A DNA stretch of 50,777 bases, filler included, from Jimgerdemannia flammicorona (taxonomy: Eukaryota): the NCBI GenBank assembly GCA_003990765.1. It is 2 parts of 2 records of this genome, joined end to end, with 100 filler letters (N's around TTAATTAATTAA, not from the genome) between each part and the next. Parts side by side here need not be neighbours in the genome. Positions count along the whole stretch, not along the records: positions 1 to 25,339 come from RBNJ01000846.1; 1 more part is not named here. One strand, 5' to 3'. The first letter of the stretch is position 1. Each line of letters starts with the position of its first letter. The notes beneath the pieces were generated by a model. The model was not told the DNA's origin, ran no database searches, and saw only the letters and a program-made list of their open reading frames with translations. Below are positions 1-13,096 of this stretch, one piece after another. The position numbers and the translations under genes are program-made.

Positions 1-63
<63 letters not shown>

Positions 64-64
<1 letters not shown>

Positions 65-780
65 CAGAAGCATTACAAGAAGCCAATGCCCTCTCTATAG
101 CTAACTTCCTGTACTGAGAAATCACCTGCCACTATAAGACATCTAAGCAAATCACAACAGACCATGACATGAAATTTGTCAATGGATTCTATGAGATAAT
201 GTATCAGAAATATAAGATCCAGCACATCAAGATCACCACATATCACCCTCAAGAAAATAGACAGACAGAGAGAACCAATAAGACCCTCAAGAACATCCTG
301 ATGAAAATCTCAGAGATATATGAGAATTGGGATAATTATCTCCCAACTGCCCTCTCTGTCCTACAAGATATATAGTCACAGCGCATACACTTTACTCCAA
401 GGAAACTGCTCTTCAGAGAAGAAGATTCTGATGGAACCTCAGCCACAAATCTAGACCTAACTTGGAGATAGATTGATGCAGAAATCCGGAGACTACACCA
501 AATCAGAAAAAAGGCTGAAGATTACATCATTAAGTCACAAGCACTGATAAGAAAGAATGTAGAAAAGAATCACAAGACCCTAGAATCCATCCAAATTGGA
601 GAAAAGGTCCAACTGTATCAAAATATGATAGAAGCCTCATAGTTGTGAAAACTGGAGCCCAAATGGAAAGAACCCTTCTATATGTAAGATATCAAGGGAA
701 CTACCTTTTGGCTTAGAAAAATCTTAGAGATCATACTGCCTACCATGGTGCACAGGAACAGACTCAAGAAGTACTATAAA
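64..780 (+). pseudogene. Decayed Ty3/Gypsy integrase (end of DDE core plus C-terminal GPF/Y region) of LTR family A
   Basis: Translation gives TTYHPQENRQTERTNKTLKNIL...WDNYLPTALS (integrase core end) then IGEKVQLY..KLEPKWKEPFY..VHRNRLKKY; several stops; truncated on the left by a 63-nt poly(A). Confidence 0.9.
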
Positions 781-1395
781 CCTATATAAGAGAAGCAAAA
801 TATGATGACCACCTATGAGGTTCTAGTTCATAAATCATAACAGTATGTCCTGTGACCAGCAGACTATCTGTCTGAACTATTCTCTAAGGGATATGGTACC
901 AGCAACTACTTATCCATGAGACTTTCAAAGCTAGAGGAGTTCAAACCATCAACTGATTGATCAAGATCAGAATTAGGCCCTTGCTCTATATAAAGAGAGC
1001 AACTCTTCACTATTATGCCAAAATATATAAGAAAGATATCAGCCCATAAATACCACTTTTTGATCCCTTGCTAGAGGTTATGGAATCAGCAAATTTTTCA
1101 GAACTAGACTAATAAATAAGGATGCTTGAGAAGATTCTTATTTAGGAGAAAGATGTAATAGTGACCCCAGAATGATGACATCAGCACAGGAGACAGCCTT
1201 TCCTTACAAGCCACCAGATCAGAGCACAAGAAGATCATATGGTATATGAGATAAGTAATGATGACTAACTGTGAGTCATTGTGACCACAGTTCAGATATC
1301 TTGAGGAATATAAAAGAAGGATTAAGGAACTACAGTAGCAGTAACCAACAAGACCCACTAATCCCAAAATAGCTCAAAGACTTACTACAAATAAA

Positions 1396-2202
1396 ATGCC
1401 TGCTGCTTGCCAAATCTCAAGATCAAGAAACCATCAAGATATCTCAGTTGAAGAAAGAATATTCCAAGACATCAGAAGAGCTATGAGGACCTGCTCAAGA
1501 AGAACTTCTAGTGTCAACCTGGGTACTAGTAACCCTTATCATTATATCCTCTACTACCATGAAATGGAAACAAGGATCACTATTGCTACTGAATGCCTCC
1601 AAATGTGGTAGGAGTATGAAATAAGAAACCTCCTCTGCTAAGAGTTCCTACAGGCCAGCCCCCAAGAGTTACAAGATGCCACTTCTATAGAAATATGTGA
1701 AGCAAGGACAGCTAAGAAGATCTATTAGATCTTCAGGCATGTACCATGGTCAATCTCTAACTTAGAGTATATTAGAGTCTCAGATTTTAGAGACCTATCA
1801 TTCCACCATATCAATTTACTAGAAACCAGGATAGCTACAGAAGCCCAGTCCACTATCACCCTCAATAGTGATAAAGTAGAAGACTTCTGGCATCCCATCC
1901 TCCAGGACAACCCAGACCAATTCCTGCAAAGATTGATCTCAGTATTCTAAGGCCCAAGCATCTAGGTTAGACCTCTCTAAGACCCCACATTTGTCCCCTA
2001 TTTTATAGAAGAGAACCTCATAGACTAGAGAGCCCCAGACCTCCTTCCTACCACTGCTGAATATGATGACATCATTGGTGATGACATCATCCTATACAAC
2101 ATTGAAGTATATAAAATATATGATAATAATGAATTCATGAATCTCATCTCCTTCAGTAATAATGAGGATAAAGCCCCTATAGTCTTGAATATTCTGCTCT
2201 AA
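1396..2202 (+). pseudogene. U3-encoded ORF of LTR family A (269 codons, unknown family)
   Basis: Single frame MPAACQISRS...IFQDIRRAM...W*EYEIRNLL...IFRHVPWSISNL...FWHPILQDN...NILL*; several internal stops correspond to sense codons (CAG/CAA/TGG) in the antisense copy. Confidence 0.75.
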
Positions 2203-3252
2203 AGTTCTTTGGTTATACTGAGTTATGCCAGCACCAGCATTCTGATGTAATACTGAGTTATATCAGCACTGGCATTCTGATGTAATACTAAATTATTTCA
2301 GCACTATTTTCCTATACTACCAAAATTATACCAGTATCCTGAACCTATATAACCATCAGTACCGACCCTGGAACTTAGCAGTTTTTCCTATTCTGACATT
2401 TTATTTTAGTTATTGGAATTTATATTTAGCTTTATATCTTAGCAACTATTGAATTATATTTTGTATAAATATTGTCATATAGTGGTTGCTGAGTCTTTCA
2501 AATATACCAGATTCTCTTCAAGATATATCTCTTAGACTAACTCAAGTTTATTATAAGCAAGTTTTTATTAAAGTATCTTCCCAAGGTCTTATAGTTCTCA
2601 AACTTCTTATTTTTAACTATCTTATTATCTCTTAGATTGCTTGTAAGAGATTATATGTAAGTAAACTGGAACTGACTTTATTTTAGAGGAAATAAGAGAG
2701 GTATTTATACAAAATATAATTCAATGGTTACTAAGATATAAAGCTAAATATAAATTCTAATAATTAAAATAAAATGTCAGGACAGAAAAAACTGCTAAGT
2801 TCTAGGGTTGGTACTGATAGTTGTACAGATTCAGGATACTGGTATAATTCAGTATTACATCAGAATGCTGGTGCTGATATTATTTAGTATTATATCAGAA
2901 TGCTAGTGCTGGCATTATTCAGTGTAACCAAGAGACTTAGAGTAGAATATTCAGGACCATGGGGGCTTCATCCTCATCATTACTAAAGGAGATGAGATCT
3001 GTTATCACATAGATTGCATGTTTTGCATACTTTATACATATTGCATATCTCATGTATGTTGCACAGGATGATGTCATCACTGATGATATCATCATGTTTA
3101 GTGATAGAGAAATCGGGAGCTCTCTAATCTATAAGGTTCTCTTCCACAAAATAGGGAATAAATGTGGGATCTTGGGGGGGTCTAACCTGGATACTTGGGC
3201 CTTGGAATACTGAGATCAATTCTTGCAGAAATTGGTCTGGGTTATCCTGAAG

Positions 3253-3823
3253 TAGTGCTCCTAATAAGTCAATTTAATTTGGATTGGATTTGGATTGATT
3301 CGGATTGAATCCCATCCAGATCAACTCAGATGGGATTCGAATCCTATCTGAATGGATTCAAATCAACCATTGTTTTGATTTCCAAATTAGACAATTAAAT
3401 GTTTACATCAATAACTCAATGAATAATCCTCTAAATTTAATGATCTTGGTGTCATTCGAAAGCCCTTAATAAGGCCTATCTAATGATACCAAGAACATTG
3501 AAATCGGATCATGCATTGCTGAGTTGTGAAGGAAACCATCTGAATTACCAATTTTGGAAATTCTTCAATTTGCCGATTTTGGAAATTTCATCAAATAGAA
3601 CATTTTTCTTAATATCTTGGCAATGTGTAATCTGATTTTAATGTTCTTGGTATCATTAGAAAGGCCCTATTAAGGGCTTTCAAATAACACCAGAATTATC
3701 AAATATAGATAATTATTCATCAAGTTATTGATGTAAACATTTAATTGTCTAATTTGGAAATCAAAACAATAGTTGATTCGAATCCATCTGAATCTCATCC
3801 AGATTGATTTGTTTGGAGCACTA
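3253..3823. mobile_element. hAT-like MITE (571 bp) with long internal inverted repeats
   Basis: TIRs TAGTGCTCC...GGAGCACTA; 8-bp TSD TCCTGAAG (3245-3252)/TTCTGAAG (3824-3831); ~3350-3520 is inverted at ~3620-3790; absent from the sister LTR copy. Confidence 0.9.
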
Positions 3824-4036
3824 TTCTGAAGAATGGGATGCCAGAAGTCTTCTACTTTGTTGCTGTCAAGAGTGATAGTGGACTGGGCTTCTGTAGCCAC
3901 CCTGACTTCTAGTATATTAATATGGCAGAATGACAGGTCTCTGAAATCTGAGACTCTAACATACTCCAAGTTGGAGATCGATCATAGTATATACCTGAAG
4001 ATCTGATGAATCTTCTTAGCTGTCCTTATTTCATAT

Positions 4037-4290
4037 CTCTTTGACTGTTTTGCACCTATATTTAGAGGCAAGATTAAAATCATAATAGCTTTTAAAAAAA
4101 AATTTACCAATAATTTTTTATATAATAATTCTACCTTTGGTAAAAATTTTACAAAAAATTTTTTTTTTGTTTTTAAACAAATTGAGATATATTTTTAACA
4201 GAAAAACAATGTTTCAAAAAATCATTTTTTTCAAACTTTAATTTGTCTGCTAAATGATTTTAAAAGATGATCTTATCTACAGACAAAGGA
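4037..4290. mobile_element. Small AT-rich TIR element (254 bp) with ATAT TSD
   Basis: Ends CTCTTTGACTGT...ACAGACAAAGGA (imperfect 12-bp TIR); ATAT on both sides (4033-4036, 4291-4294); absent from the sister LTR. Confidence 0.75.
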
Positions 4291-5018
4291 ATATATCTAT
4301 AAGAGTGGTATCTTGTAGCTCTTGGGGACTGACCTGTGGGAACTTCCAGCAGAGGAGATTTCTTATTTCATACTCCTGCCACATTTGGAGGCATTTGGTA
4401 GTAATGGTGATTCTTGTTTCTATTTCATAGTGGTAGAGAATATAATGATAAGGGTCATCAGTACTTGTTGACACTAGGAGTCCTTCTTGAGTAGATCCTC
4501 ATGGCTCTTCTGATATCTTAGAATATTCTTTCTTCAACTGAGATACCTTAGTAGTTCCTTGACCTTAAGGTTTGGTGAGCAGTAAGTATTTTATTTGTAG
4601 TAAGTCTTTGAGCTATTTTGGGATTAGTGGGTCTTATTGGTTGCTGCTACTATAGTTCCTTGATCCTTCTTTTATATTTCTCAAGATATCTGAACTGTGG
4701 TCACAATGACTCACAGTTAGTTATCATTACTTATCTTATATGCTATATGATCTTCTTATGCTCCAATCTGGTGGCTTGTAAGGAAAGACTGTCTTCTATG
4801 CTGATTTCATCATTCTGGGGTCACCATTACAATACTTCTCTTATTTCTTCTGAAATAAAGTCAGTTCTGGTTTACTTACACACAATCTCTTGCAAGTAAT
4901 CTAAGAGATAATAAGACAGTTAAAGATAAGAAGTTTGAGGACTATAAGACCTTAGAAAGGTACTCCAATAAGAACTTGCTTATAATAAACTTGAGTTAGT
5001 CTAAGAGATATACCTTGA

Positions 5019-5077
5019 TAGATGGGCATAATAAAGGAAGAAAGTCCAAGTGACTATAAAAAAAAAAAAAAAAAAAA

Positions 5078-5112
<35 letters not shown>
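5019..5112 (+). mobile_element. Extremely 5'-truncated non-LTR retroposon 3' end with poly(A)
   Basis: ...TCCAAGTGACTAT(A)n flanked by 16-bp TSD AAGAGATATACCTTGA (5003-5018, 5113-5128); same 3' terminus as 29230-29486. Confidence 0.9.
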
Positions 5113-5117
<5 letters not shown>

Positions 5118-5173
5118 ATATACCTTGAAGAGAATCTGATATATTTGAAAAACTCAGTAACCACTATATGATA

Positions 5174-6130
5174 ATAGTTATTTCTTATACTATTATTATA
5201 TAAATAGCTAATATACTAAATTAAGATAAATTTTATAGATCTAGAATACACTTATACTCTAAGAAAATATCTGTGCTCTAAAGAAATATTTATCTCCTAA
5301 GAGAATATTTTTCCAAATTAGTCTTACTATATATTTTATAATTAGCTATATAGTAACTAGCTAGTAACTATACCTATATAAAATATCTTAATAATAAAGA
5401 GTAAATAAATCTTAGTTTAAAAGTTCTAAAGTAAAAATAAGTCTACTCAATATACTTTAAGTATAATGGTTTTAGTTTCTTTAAGAGAAAATAGCTAAGT
5501 CTAATAATTCTAGTAGACTTAAAGTAGCTTAAAGAGATACTTATAAATTCAAGTATTCTTAAAAAAAATTCTGGAAGAAAATATTCTAAGCTTTATTCAA
5601 GTAAAGAATAAGGATATTTATATAAGATCTGAAAGAAGAATCCAGAAAGATCTCAGAAAAGAAGAAAAAGGCCAAGAAATAGGTTTTTAGCAAAGATGAC
5701 TAATAGAATTCTACAATATTCCAAAAGATTCTATAACTAAATACTTGGTACTACTTAGTACTGAGAAAAGACAAAAATATTCTAATAATATCTTAGTATT
5801 AAGAGAAGATTTCTAGATATTTAGAAGATATTGAAATATAGTAGAATATTTAAAAAAAGATAAGAAAAGACTATTAAAAAGATATAAAAAAGTACTAAGA
5901 TTAAAATATAACTATAAATTATTATATCTCTTTCTCCTTAAGAACTAATATTCTTATTGAGTTCTTAGATTATATAAGACTAAATATACTTAATCAAAAT
6001 TTCTCAAACTTATATTAATATATTGATAAGAACTAGCCATTCTTATATAGAGCAGAGGGCCTATTACTAGACTAACTATCTGAGAGAGATTCAAACTCAG
6101 CTAGTAGTTTTATTTAATGAACTTCTTATA
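5174..6130 (+). mobile_element. Heavily decayed, CpG-free retroelement-like sequence (possible gag/protease remnant)
   Basis: Extreme AT/purine bias typical of decayed TE coding sequence; no motif readable with certainty. Confidence 0.3.
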
Positions 6131-7483
6131 AGGCCAATCAAAGTTTTCTTTATTTTTACATTTTGCTAAAGCTTCATTAAAGATCTTTATTTTATTTCTT
6201 TCTCAATCTTTGTTGGTATTGTTATCTAATTCTTGTTGCATGAGAGTTTCAGCACATTCTCAACAACAAAACTTAATGATTTCTCTTTCTTCTTCATCTC
6301 ATCAAGTAATTAGTAAACCTTCTTTAGTGTTTGTGCAGTTAAAACAATTTTTTTTCATGATATAAAAAAAAAAGTTTCCCCGAACCACCCGCTCTATCCA
6401 ATTCATGCAGATCAAAAGGTTAATTTACTGAACATAGATTTGAGAAAGCCTTGTGAAAGCAATCTCAATTAAAAGGCGAGACGATTCTCAGTGGACTACA
6501 TGCCTTCACTGCCGACTTCGCCATTATTCGACGAACCGGAAATCCACGCCGAGCATTCCACGACAGAGATTGTTCATCAGAAAGGAGTCAAGCGAGCCCC
6601 GACAAACCCGAGTTTGGCACATTTTTACCTTCGAATGGCTGCAAAATAAAAATCTTCGAGCGACATCATATGTTCACTTTGTCTGGTTTTGTTGCAGCAC
6701 GCCCCATATAACATGTAATTTGTACGACCAACATCTCAATCCTCATCTGCGCCTCGCTTTGTAACACCTCTTTCATGTCGGGTTCTTCGAACTGACCGAT
6801 GCAACGCATTCGAGACAGAATCATTCCTCATGCACGCATTCGCCCAAATATACAAACATACACATTATTTACGAAGTTGGTTTAAACAACGCAATTTTGA
6901 TGGTCCTGAAATAATAACATGTTCGTGTCTGTCGTATAGACGTATGGACGGCGACCACTGCTGGAAGTGCAAAGGAGAGACCATCGCATGACACATCGTC
7001 GGCGACCTCCCCAGCGCAGTCGCCTGCCTGCCGGTTTAGCGCATAGTTGATTGGTTGGGCGGAGGTGCGCGTGGAACGACCTCATCTGTCACATAGTCGA
7101 TGAACGTGCTGCTCGCAAAGGTAGGCCGCCATGCCCCGCCTGGTAAACAGTCGGCGGAATGGTGGACGAGTGCAAAGGAGAGACCATCGCCTGGCATAGT
7201 TGGCGACCTCCCCAGTGGATTTGCTAATCCAATGTTAAGTAAAAGCTTCTTGACCATCTCCAACTCACATAGGATGTTTCTGAGCCGGAGTGAAAATTCA
7301 ACTCTTAATTCGAATGGCCGCTTGAGTGCCCCTATTGTTTTGGTTTTTTTTTTTCTTTATATTGGTGTGCGGAGAAGCTGATTTGCGCCGCTGTGGTGTA
7401 TGGCGCGTGACTTAATTTTTTTTTTTTTTTTGTTTTGTTTTTGTTTTAGGGAACAATGACTTGGACTCCTTTCTTCAAGATCT

Positions 7484-9866
7484 ATGCCCGCTCGCCTCAA
7501 CAATGACACTCTCCCCTCCAAATCTCACCATCCATGACTACTGGATTCCGCTTCTGAAACTGACGACGCTATGGCCCAACGTGCTGAAGCGCATCAGGCA
7601 TATAAAGCAACCCTACGAAGCTTAGAGATGTATCAGCATGTTCGAGTTGCCGTGAAAATGAAGCCTAAAGCATTTGGCGTAAGAGATGGCGAGATCGAAC
7701 TCATGTCATTTATTTTGCATGTTATTCACTTACTAATTCTACTGTGAATATAAGTGCTGGGTAAATCAACCGACTGCATTCAGTTCTGGGAGAAAACGGG
7801 CCCCCTCTTCAAGAATGCGCAACCAACAAGACTAAAGGAGACAACAAGAGGACAAGAGCGATGTCGATGAGATCGTATTGATGGGAGTGACATCATAGTG
7901 ATGAGTGTAGCAATAGCATACAAACACATGTACGGTATGATTATATATATATTATTGATTATCTTTACCAATATTTTATTTCTAATTATTATTTATTCAA
8001 TAGATGTATGATTCAATCTATGCTGAGATCCAAAAGCTACAATATGATAGTAATGCTGTGTATATCAAGTAAGGAATTTATTTTATCTATAGGTTGCTCT
8101 ATATCATTCGCAACTTGTTATTTACTTATTTATATTGCCAATAATCCACTTTGATGGGCGATACTTGATTCAAGAAGCAAATATACCAGCTTAACTCCTT
8201 GACTTGCACAAGTGTCGAAGCTTCTCCCAATGTCAGAGGTGGACTGTTGCGTAATACTGTCGTCAGCATGATACAAAGGCAGTCAATGATTAGCAAATCT
8301 ACTTAAGGCCATATCATACCGCAAGACAGTGGGCCTAAAAGTCTTAGGAAGCTGGAGGCATTTGGGGGCTTTCAGATTTCCTCTGCCTCTCTGTTTACCA
8401 TTCGAAATATATACGCAGATTTTTCAGAATTTGTCGAATTAAACGTTGATCTATTTGATCTGAAAACAGATTATATCAGCGATTGTCTGTTGGCCACATA
8501 AATATTTTCTTCATTGAATATCTTAGACACCTGACTGAGGTTGTGATGCAAATACATCGTATTATAGAGATGAGTGGGTTCGCGACTTTGGGGGGTGCAA
8601 CAAAATCAGAAAGAACACTTGATATCAATTTGATTGGCGTTTATTCAAAAACTCTGGGAACAGCCTTTTTGTAGTAAGTATATATTAATATGAACAGTGT
8701 AAACTGATGTATTTCTTTTAACATATAGCATATGATTAGACAAATATAAATATTGACAATTATATACTTTCTAGTATTCAATGTTCCCCCCATATGTGGA
8801 GAAACTGGTAAATTTTTTATGGCAAAACCATCTTATCTGTGTTCTGAGTCCAGCAACTATTTTATTTATTTATTATTTTCTAAATTAAATTTCAAAGCGA
8901 ACTACATCAGACTGTACAAGCACAACCTTCGCCACCAACGGCACAGCCCGCCCTAGCGATCTTGACAAAGATGAAGATGTTATCGATATGCCAGAAAAGG
9001 ATACAGAACAACTGAGTAAGTAATTGACAGTGGATAATGAAGGCAATCGATACAGATAGTAGTCATAATAGTCTTTTTGTATATATATTCTTTGATTCAG
9101 ATATCTATCACCTATAGAGGCTATTGACAGTGATAGCGAGAAGTCATCCGATGAGCATGTTGAAAACAACGACGATAGTGAACGGCAGATGTCGCCGTCA
9201 GATCATGAACATTTCAGTCAAGCCTACGCGACACGAGATTTCCAAGTCAACAAGCTATTATAATACCTTGACAGTTTCCGTGCAGTAAGTTTATATATAT
9301 ATCACTTTCATAATTTGGTTGCTTTGTCTTTATTAAATTCAATATATATATAATGATCTTAGGCGTTTGGCGTTCCGACAAGATGCTATGGATATAAACT
9401 TCAATTGGCAAGACAATTTCGATCGTGATTGGATTCGGAATACGATAGGTATTATTAGATTAACTATATACTCTACTTTTATAGGCTAAGAGAATACGAG
9501 TCAAACAGTCTCACTTAGAATTGTGGTTACTGATCCACGTTTGGAGTTTATAGATAAGGCATTTGAAAACATAGAGGGAATAGAGGCCATTAGGAATGGA
9601 GAAAGTTCTCTTTTTGAAATTACAACCAATTTCTTTTTTCTTAATTAAAATTATTCTTGTCACAGAGGCGAATCCTGCAGTCGTGCATCTTCTGATAGGA
9701 AAAATCGAAACAGAATTGTGGCTGCATTGATTAACGCTCAAACGGAAGATTTTGGGTCTGAGAACTGACTTGATCATTCGCAAAGTTTCAACGGAATATG
9801 GATGCGCCGAGTCTGGAAGGTTTTAGACTGGAAAGAATGGTACGAAATTATTGCAAGAGAGGGGGT
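7484..9866 (+). pseudogene. 5' part of an intron-rich pseudogene with a putative PD-(D/E)xK restriction-endonuclease-like C-terminal domain (Crinkler-type family seen in Mucoromycota)
   Basis: Exon-like segments between AT-rich introns; with frameshifts reads LELWLLIHVWS-IDKAFENIEGIEAIR/GESCSRASSDRKNRNR..KRKILGLRTDLIIRKVSTEYGCAESGRF*TGKNGTKLLQERG; family assignment is from recall of the motif only. Confidence 0.65.
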
Positions 9867-10335
9867 CCGTATTTCCCGCTCAATTCTTAAAATAGATTTT
9901 GACTAATTTGGCATGTCGTCACACAACGCGCTTCGCGATTGTCACGTTCCGCGATCAAAACATACTTATTGCACTACCTTAATGCACTGTCACTACCTAC
10001 AATACAAATGGATGAAGGAATTGACCAAGAACGACTTTTAGATGAGGTTTTCAATGATATGCCTGACCATGCAGAATGCCAAATCGTCATCCCTCCAAAA
10101 CCCGAAGGTCTAAGTGCACATGAAAAGGCTGACTGGACTGCTATTGAGGCATGGATCAAGGAGGAAGCAGAAGTCCAAAAGACTATAAATAAAAAAATTA
10201 AAATAAAAAAATAAAAAAAAAAAGAGATTGTGGAGGAAGAGATCAAGACTGGTTGCCAATATCCAAAAGGCTCATTTCAAATACCTCCAACTTCTCATAA
10301 GTCATAATATATTTTCAAAAAGAATTACTCATATC

Positions 10336-11518
10336 TTTTTTTTATTTAACAGACTCTATGTCCCACAGATTTTTATTGGAAGGGAACCTAGACTATATAG
10401 GCCAAAACCCTCCCCCACCACCCACCAAGCACTGCCCCCCCATAAACCTAGGCTAGCTATTGTCCAGCAGCTCAACCATGCCAGGCACAGTAGGGCAAAG
10501 TAGCCTGCACCTCATTCTGTGCACTATGCTCTCCCTACCACCAGGGGAAACCTAGCCATATGCCAACAACTGAAAGCATATGCCCGAGAACCCAATGTAT
10601 GTACAAGGCCATGCCTGAGCTGAATAGAATAGCCCCTACCACCCCAAAGAGAATAACAGACAAAGAAAAAACCCTCATCAAAGTACAACATGGTGGATAG
10701 GGCCTGGTTCTCCCAGTCAAGGTAAGTAGAGGACTTATATGTGAGGCGAGAGGAGACCCCCAATACCCCACTACTCAAGTCTGCAGGCCTCGATCACATT
10801 ACCATGTCAGCTCCTGGTTCCAGTTGAGTATAGCCAAGATACCTGAAATGGGTAGCCTCAGGTCCCCTGACCCCCTCAGATGACTGGGGCCCAACCCCAT
10901 GAATTGCCAAAAGAAGCTGAGAGTGATACCTACCACCTAACCACACTACACCAATCAAAAGGCCCCACTGAAGTAGCATCTGCCTCAGCCCCGATGACTG
11001 CCCCCAGCCTGGTACCCTACTGGTTTATCATTATCGCCCTTCTTCCTATCTATAATGGCCATCTCCCCTCTCATCCTGACAACACCCAAAAAGCAGTCAC
11101 CTACACCAGAACTGTGCTCACCGGGAAGCTTGCCAAAGCCAGAGGGCCCCACCACAGGCACTGAGGACCTGCAGGTAACCTATACTGAGCACTTGATGCC
11201 CAAGGTTGGCCAACTCCCTATGTAGCCTGAGACACATCAGGATACCACCTTGTTGACAATAGCAAAAAGAAGAAGGCACTGCACTAAAACAGATGCACTC
11301 CAGATGCAGCTAAAGATACCAGAAACTGCGAAAAAGTGGAGAAGACACTGATCCAATACTGATAAAGGGGCAACTCATCACCATTGCCTTCCTCCCGCCA
11401 TATCCATGCAGATACAGCAAACCAACCTGAGGTAGAGGAGGTAATAATAGGGGAAAGGGGACTTGAAAGGTTGCCTACCAAACCTTGTAACCAGTAAGGT
11501 AGCAAAGAAAGGGGTTTG
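10336..11518 (-). mobile_element. 1.2-kb non-autonomous poly(A) retroposon, copy 1
   Basis: T-tail at 10336; 16-bp TSD AAGAATTACTCATATC (10320-10335, 11519-11534); diverged reverse complement of 16901-18121. Confidence 0.9.
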
Positions 11519-11609
11519 AAGAATTACTCATATCATTATACTGGCTCTTATAAAACTACTGTCAATATGAGAGGTCCTGAAAAAAAAGAAAAAAGTTTCA
11601 AAGAAGATT

Positions 11610-13096
11610 TGTAAGAGGGTTGCTTTTTAGGGTAACTATTACATAGTTCTGGAAGGGTTTTCTGGAAGTTCTGGATATTCTGAAAGACTGTTTTCTTATG
11701 GTCAAGATCAATTTTATATAGAGTACATTCTCTATACTTATTGATTTCAAGATCAGGTTGATGTCTCAACCAAAGTCCTTTTTCAGACTAGTTCTGGATG
11801 TTTAGGATTTTTCATATTTCAGGAAGTTCAAGAAACTAAGACCAGCTTAGTTGAATTGACATATCACTACAGACAATACCCAATTAGGAAATTTCGTGAT
11901 GGGGTTAGGAGTAGGACCTAACAGAGAGTAGATTTACTTAAAAGTGATTTGTGGGTTATTAAATAGGTTTATTCACTATTCATAATATTGCTATACTAGG
12001 AGTAGTTATGTAAAGAGATATTATGGGGAAGTGCTCAGGAGTTGTATTCAAATTGTTCAGGTCTGAGATTCTGAGGTCTGGAAGAGGGAGTATTTATACT
12101 AGTGAGGGGCTATCTAGACTATGCTAAATATGGATATAGCACTTAGTATCTTGCTGAGTCAGAATGCAGTTATGTAGTATAAGTGTGATCTAATATACCA
12201 AGAGATCATCTAACTACTGAGTCAGTTCACAGTTATGTCATATAAGGCTAATCTAACTATACTATGACTGCTAAGCTATTTATAGATTTAGATGCTGTCT
12301 GGTTAGTCTTTGATAATATCACTATTGATGACATCATCTCTGACAAAGTCTGAGCAGTTTTCTAACTTCTGATATCATCAGTTTCAAGGTGTCATTACTT
12401 CTATCTTTTGCAAGATTAAGGCTGTCCTTGGTGGTAGTGATTGTACAAGGATAACAGGTCTTGGTTCTCTTTTTTTTTAGCCTGCTGGTATATTTGTGAG
12501 GACTGGCCATCCTTGTCTAGGGTGAGGGCTCCCAATGTTATGACTGGGGATTTGAACCTCTTGGAAATGATATTTTTTGTAATCTGAGGCAATTTCTAAT
12601 AGTAATATCTGTTACATAGATAGCTTGAGATTGGTTTCGATGATGTCAGCTTTCTTGAGTTCAGATGAAGTATCCATCACTCTCCAATAGAGGTGACACA
12701 GATAGAGCAAATAGAGTTATTCAAATGTGTTTTGCTTCCACTAAGTAATGAGATCTTGTATAGTATATCTTAGTCTTAAGTTTGATAAGTATAGTTCATG
12801 AACTTTGGTGGATGAGATAGGGTCCTTCTTGTCTCAGTTTGAGTTTGATACTTTTAGTTTCCTTTTTGTAATAGTACAGTACTCCAAACTAGTTATAAAG
12901 GTTCAGAGTCAGTCTTATAGTTGTAGTACTTCTTCTAGTATTCTTGTATCTTGGCAGTAAGTTCTCATGTTTGCTGGTGTATTTTGTGTAACCAGATGAT
13001 CTCTTCAGTAACTTGTTTTGTAGCCTCACATGTGGTTTCTAAATTGGTTCTAAGAATGATATGTAGTTTTGGTGGCTTAGAGGTTATGTACTTACA
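11610..13096 (-). repeat. 3' LTR of family B (1487 bp)
   Basis: Direct repeat of 16487-16900 plus 18133-19211; TATAAATA on the minus strand at 12091-12098. Confidence 0.95.

Larger units (their letters stand above)
2473..4831 (-). mobile_element. Solo LTR of family A inserted antisense into its own family's LTR
   Basis: Minus strand begins TGTAATGGTGACC (4831) and ends TATGACA (2473); reverse complement of 1154-2472 plus 4836-5173; 4-bp TSD ATAT (2469-2472)/ATAC (4832-4835). Confidence 0.9.
1154..5173 (+). mobile_element. 3' LTR of family A (~1.55 kb net), interrupted by an antisense solo LTR (2473-4831) and a short poly(A) insertion
   Basis: Purine tract AGGAGAAAGA (1144-1153) directly precedes TGTAAT at 1154; TATAAATA at 2464-2471; the LTR resumes at 4836 with AATAAAG and ends TATGATA at 5173 (TATGACA in the other copy). 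Confidence 0.85.

Noticed and set aside
1104..4899. Duplicated hydrophobic ORFs MGLVGL.. (1104-1367 -, 4618-4899 +) as membrane proteins
   Set aside because: Antisense readings of the duplicated LTR A with non-ATG starts.
6130..6340. Coding-like minus-strand fragment (ETLMQQELDNNTNKD..)
   Set aside because: Short, contains stops, and no recognisable family.
10183..10225. A-rich run within the MULE transposase, possibly a minimal retroposon tail (GACTAT-A-rich)
   Set aside because: No clear TSD; could be slippage.
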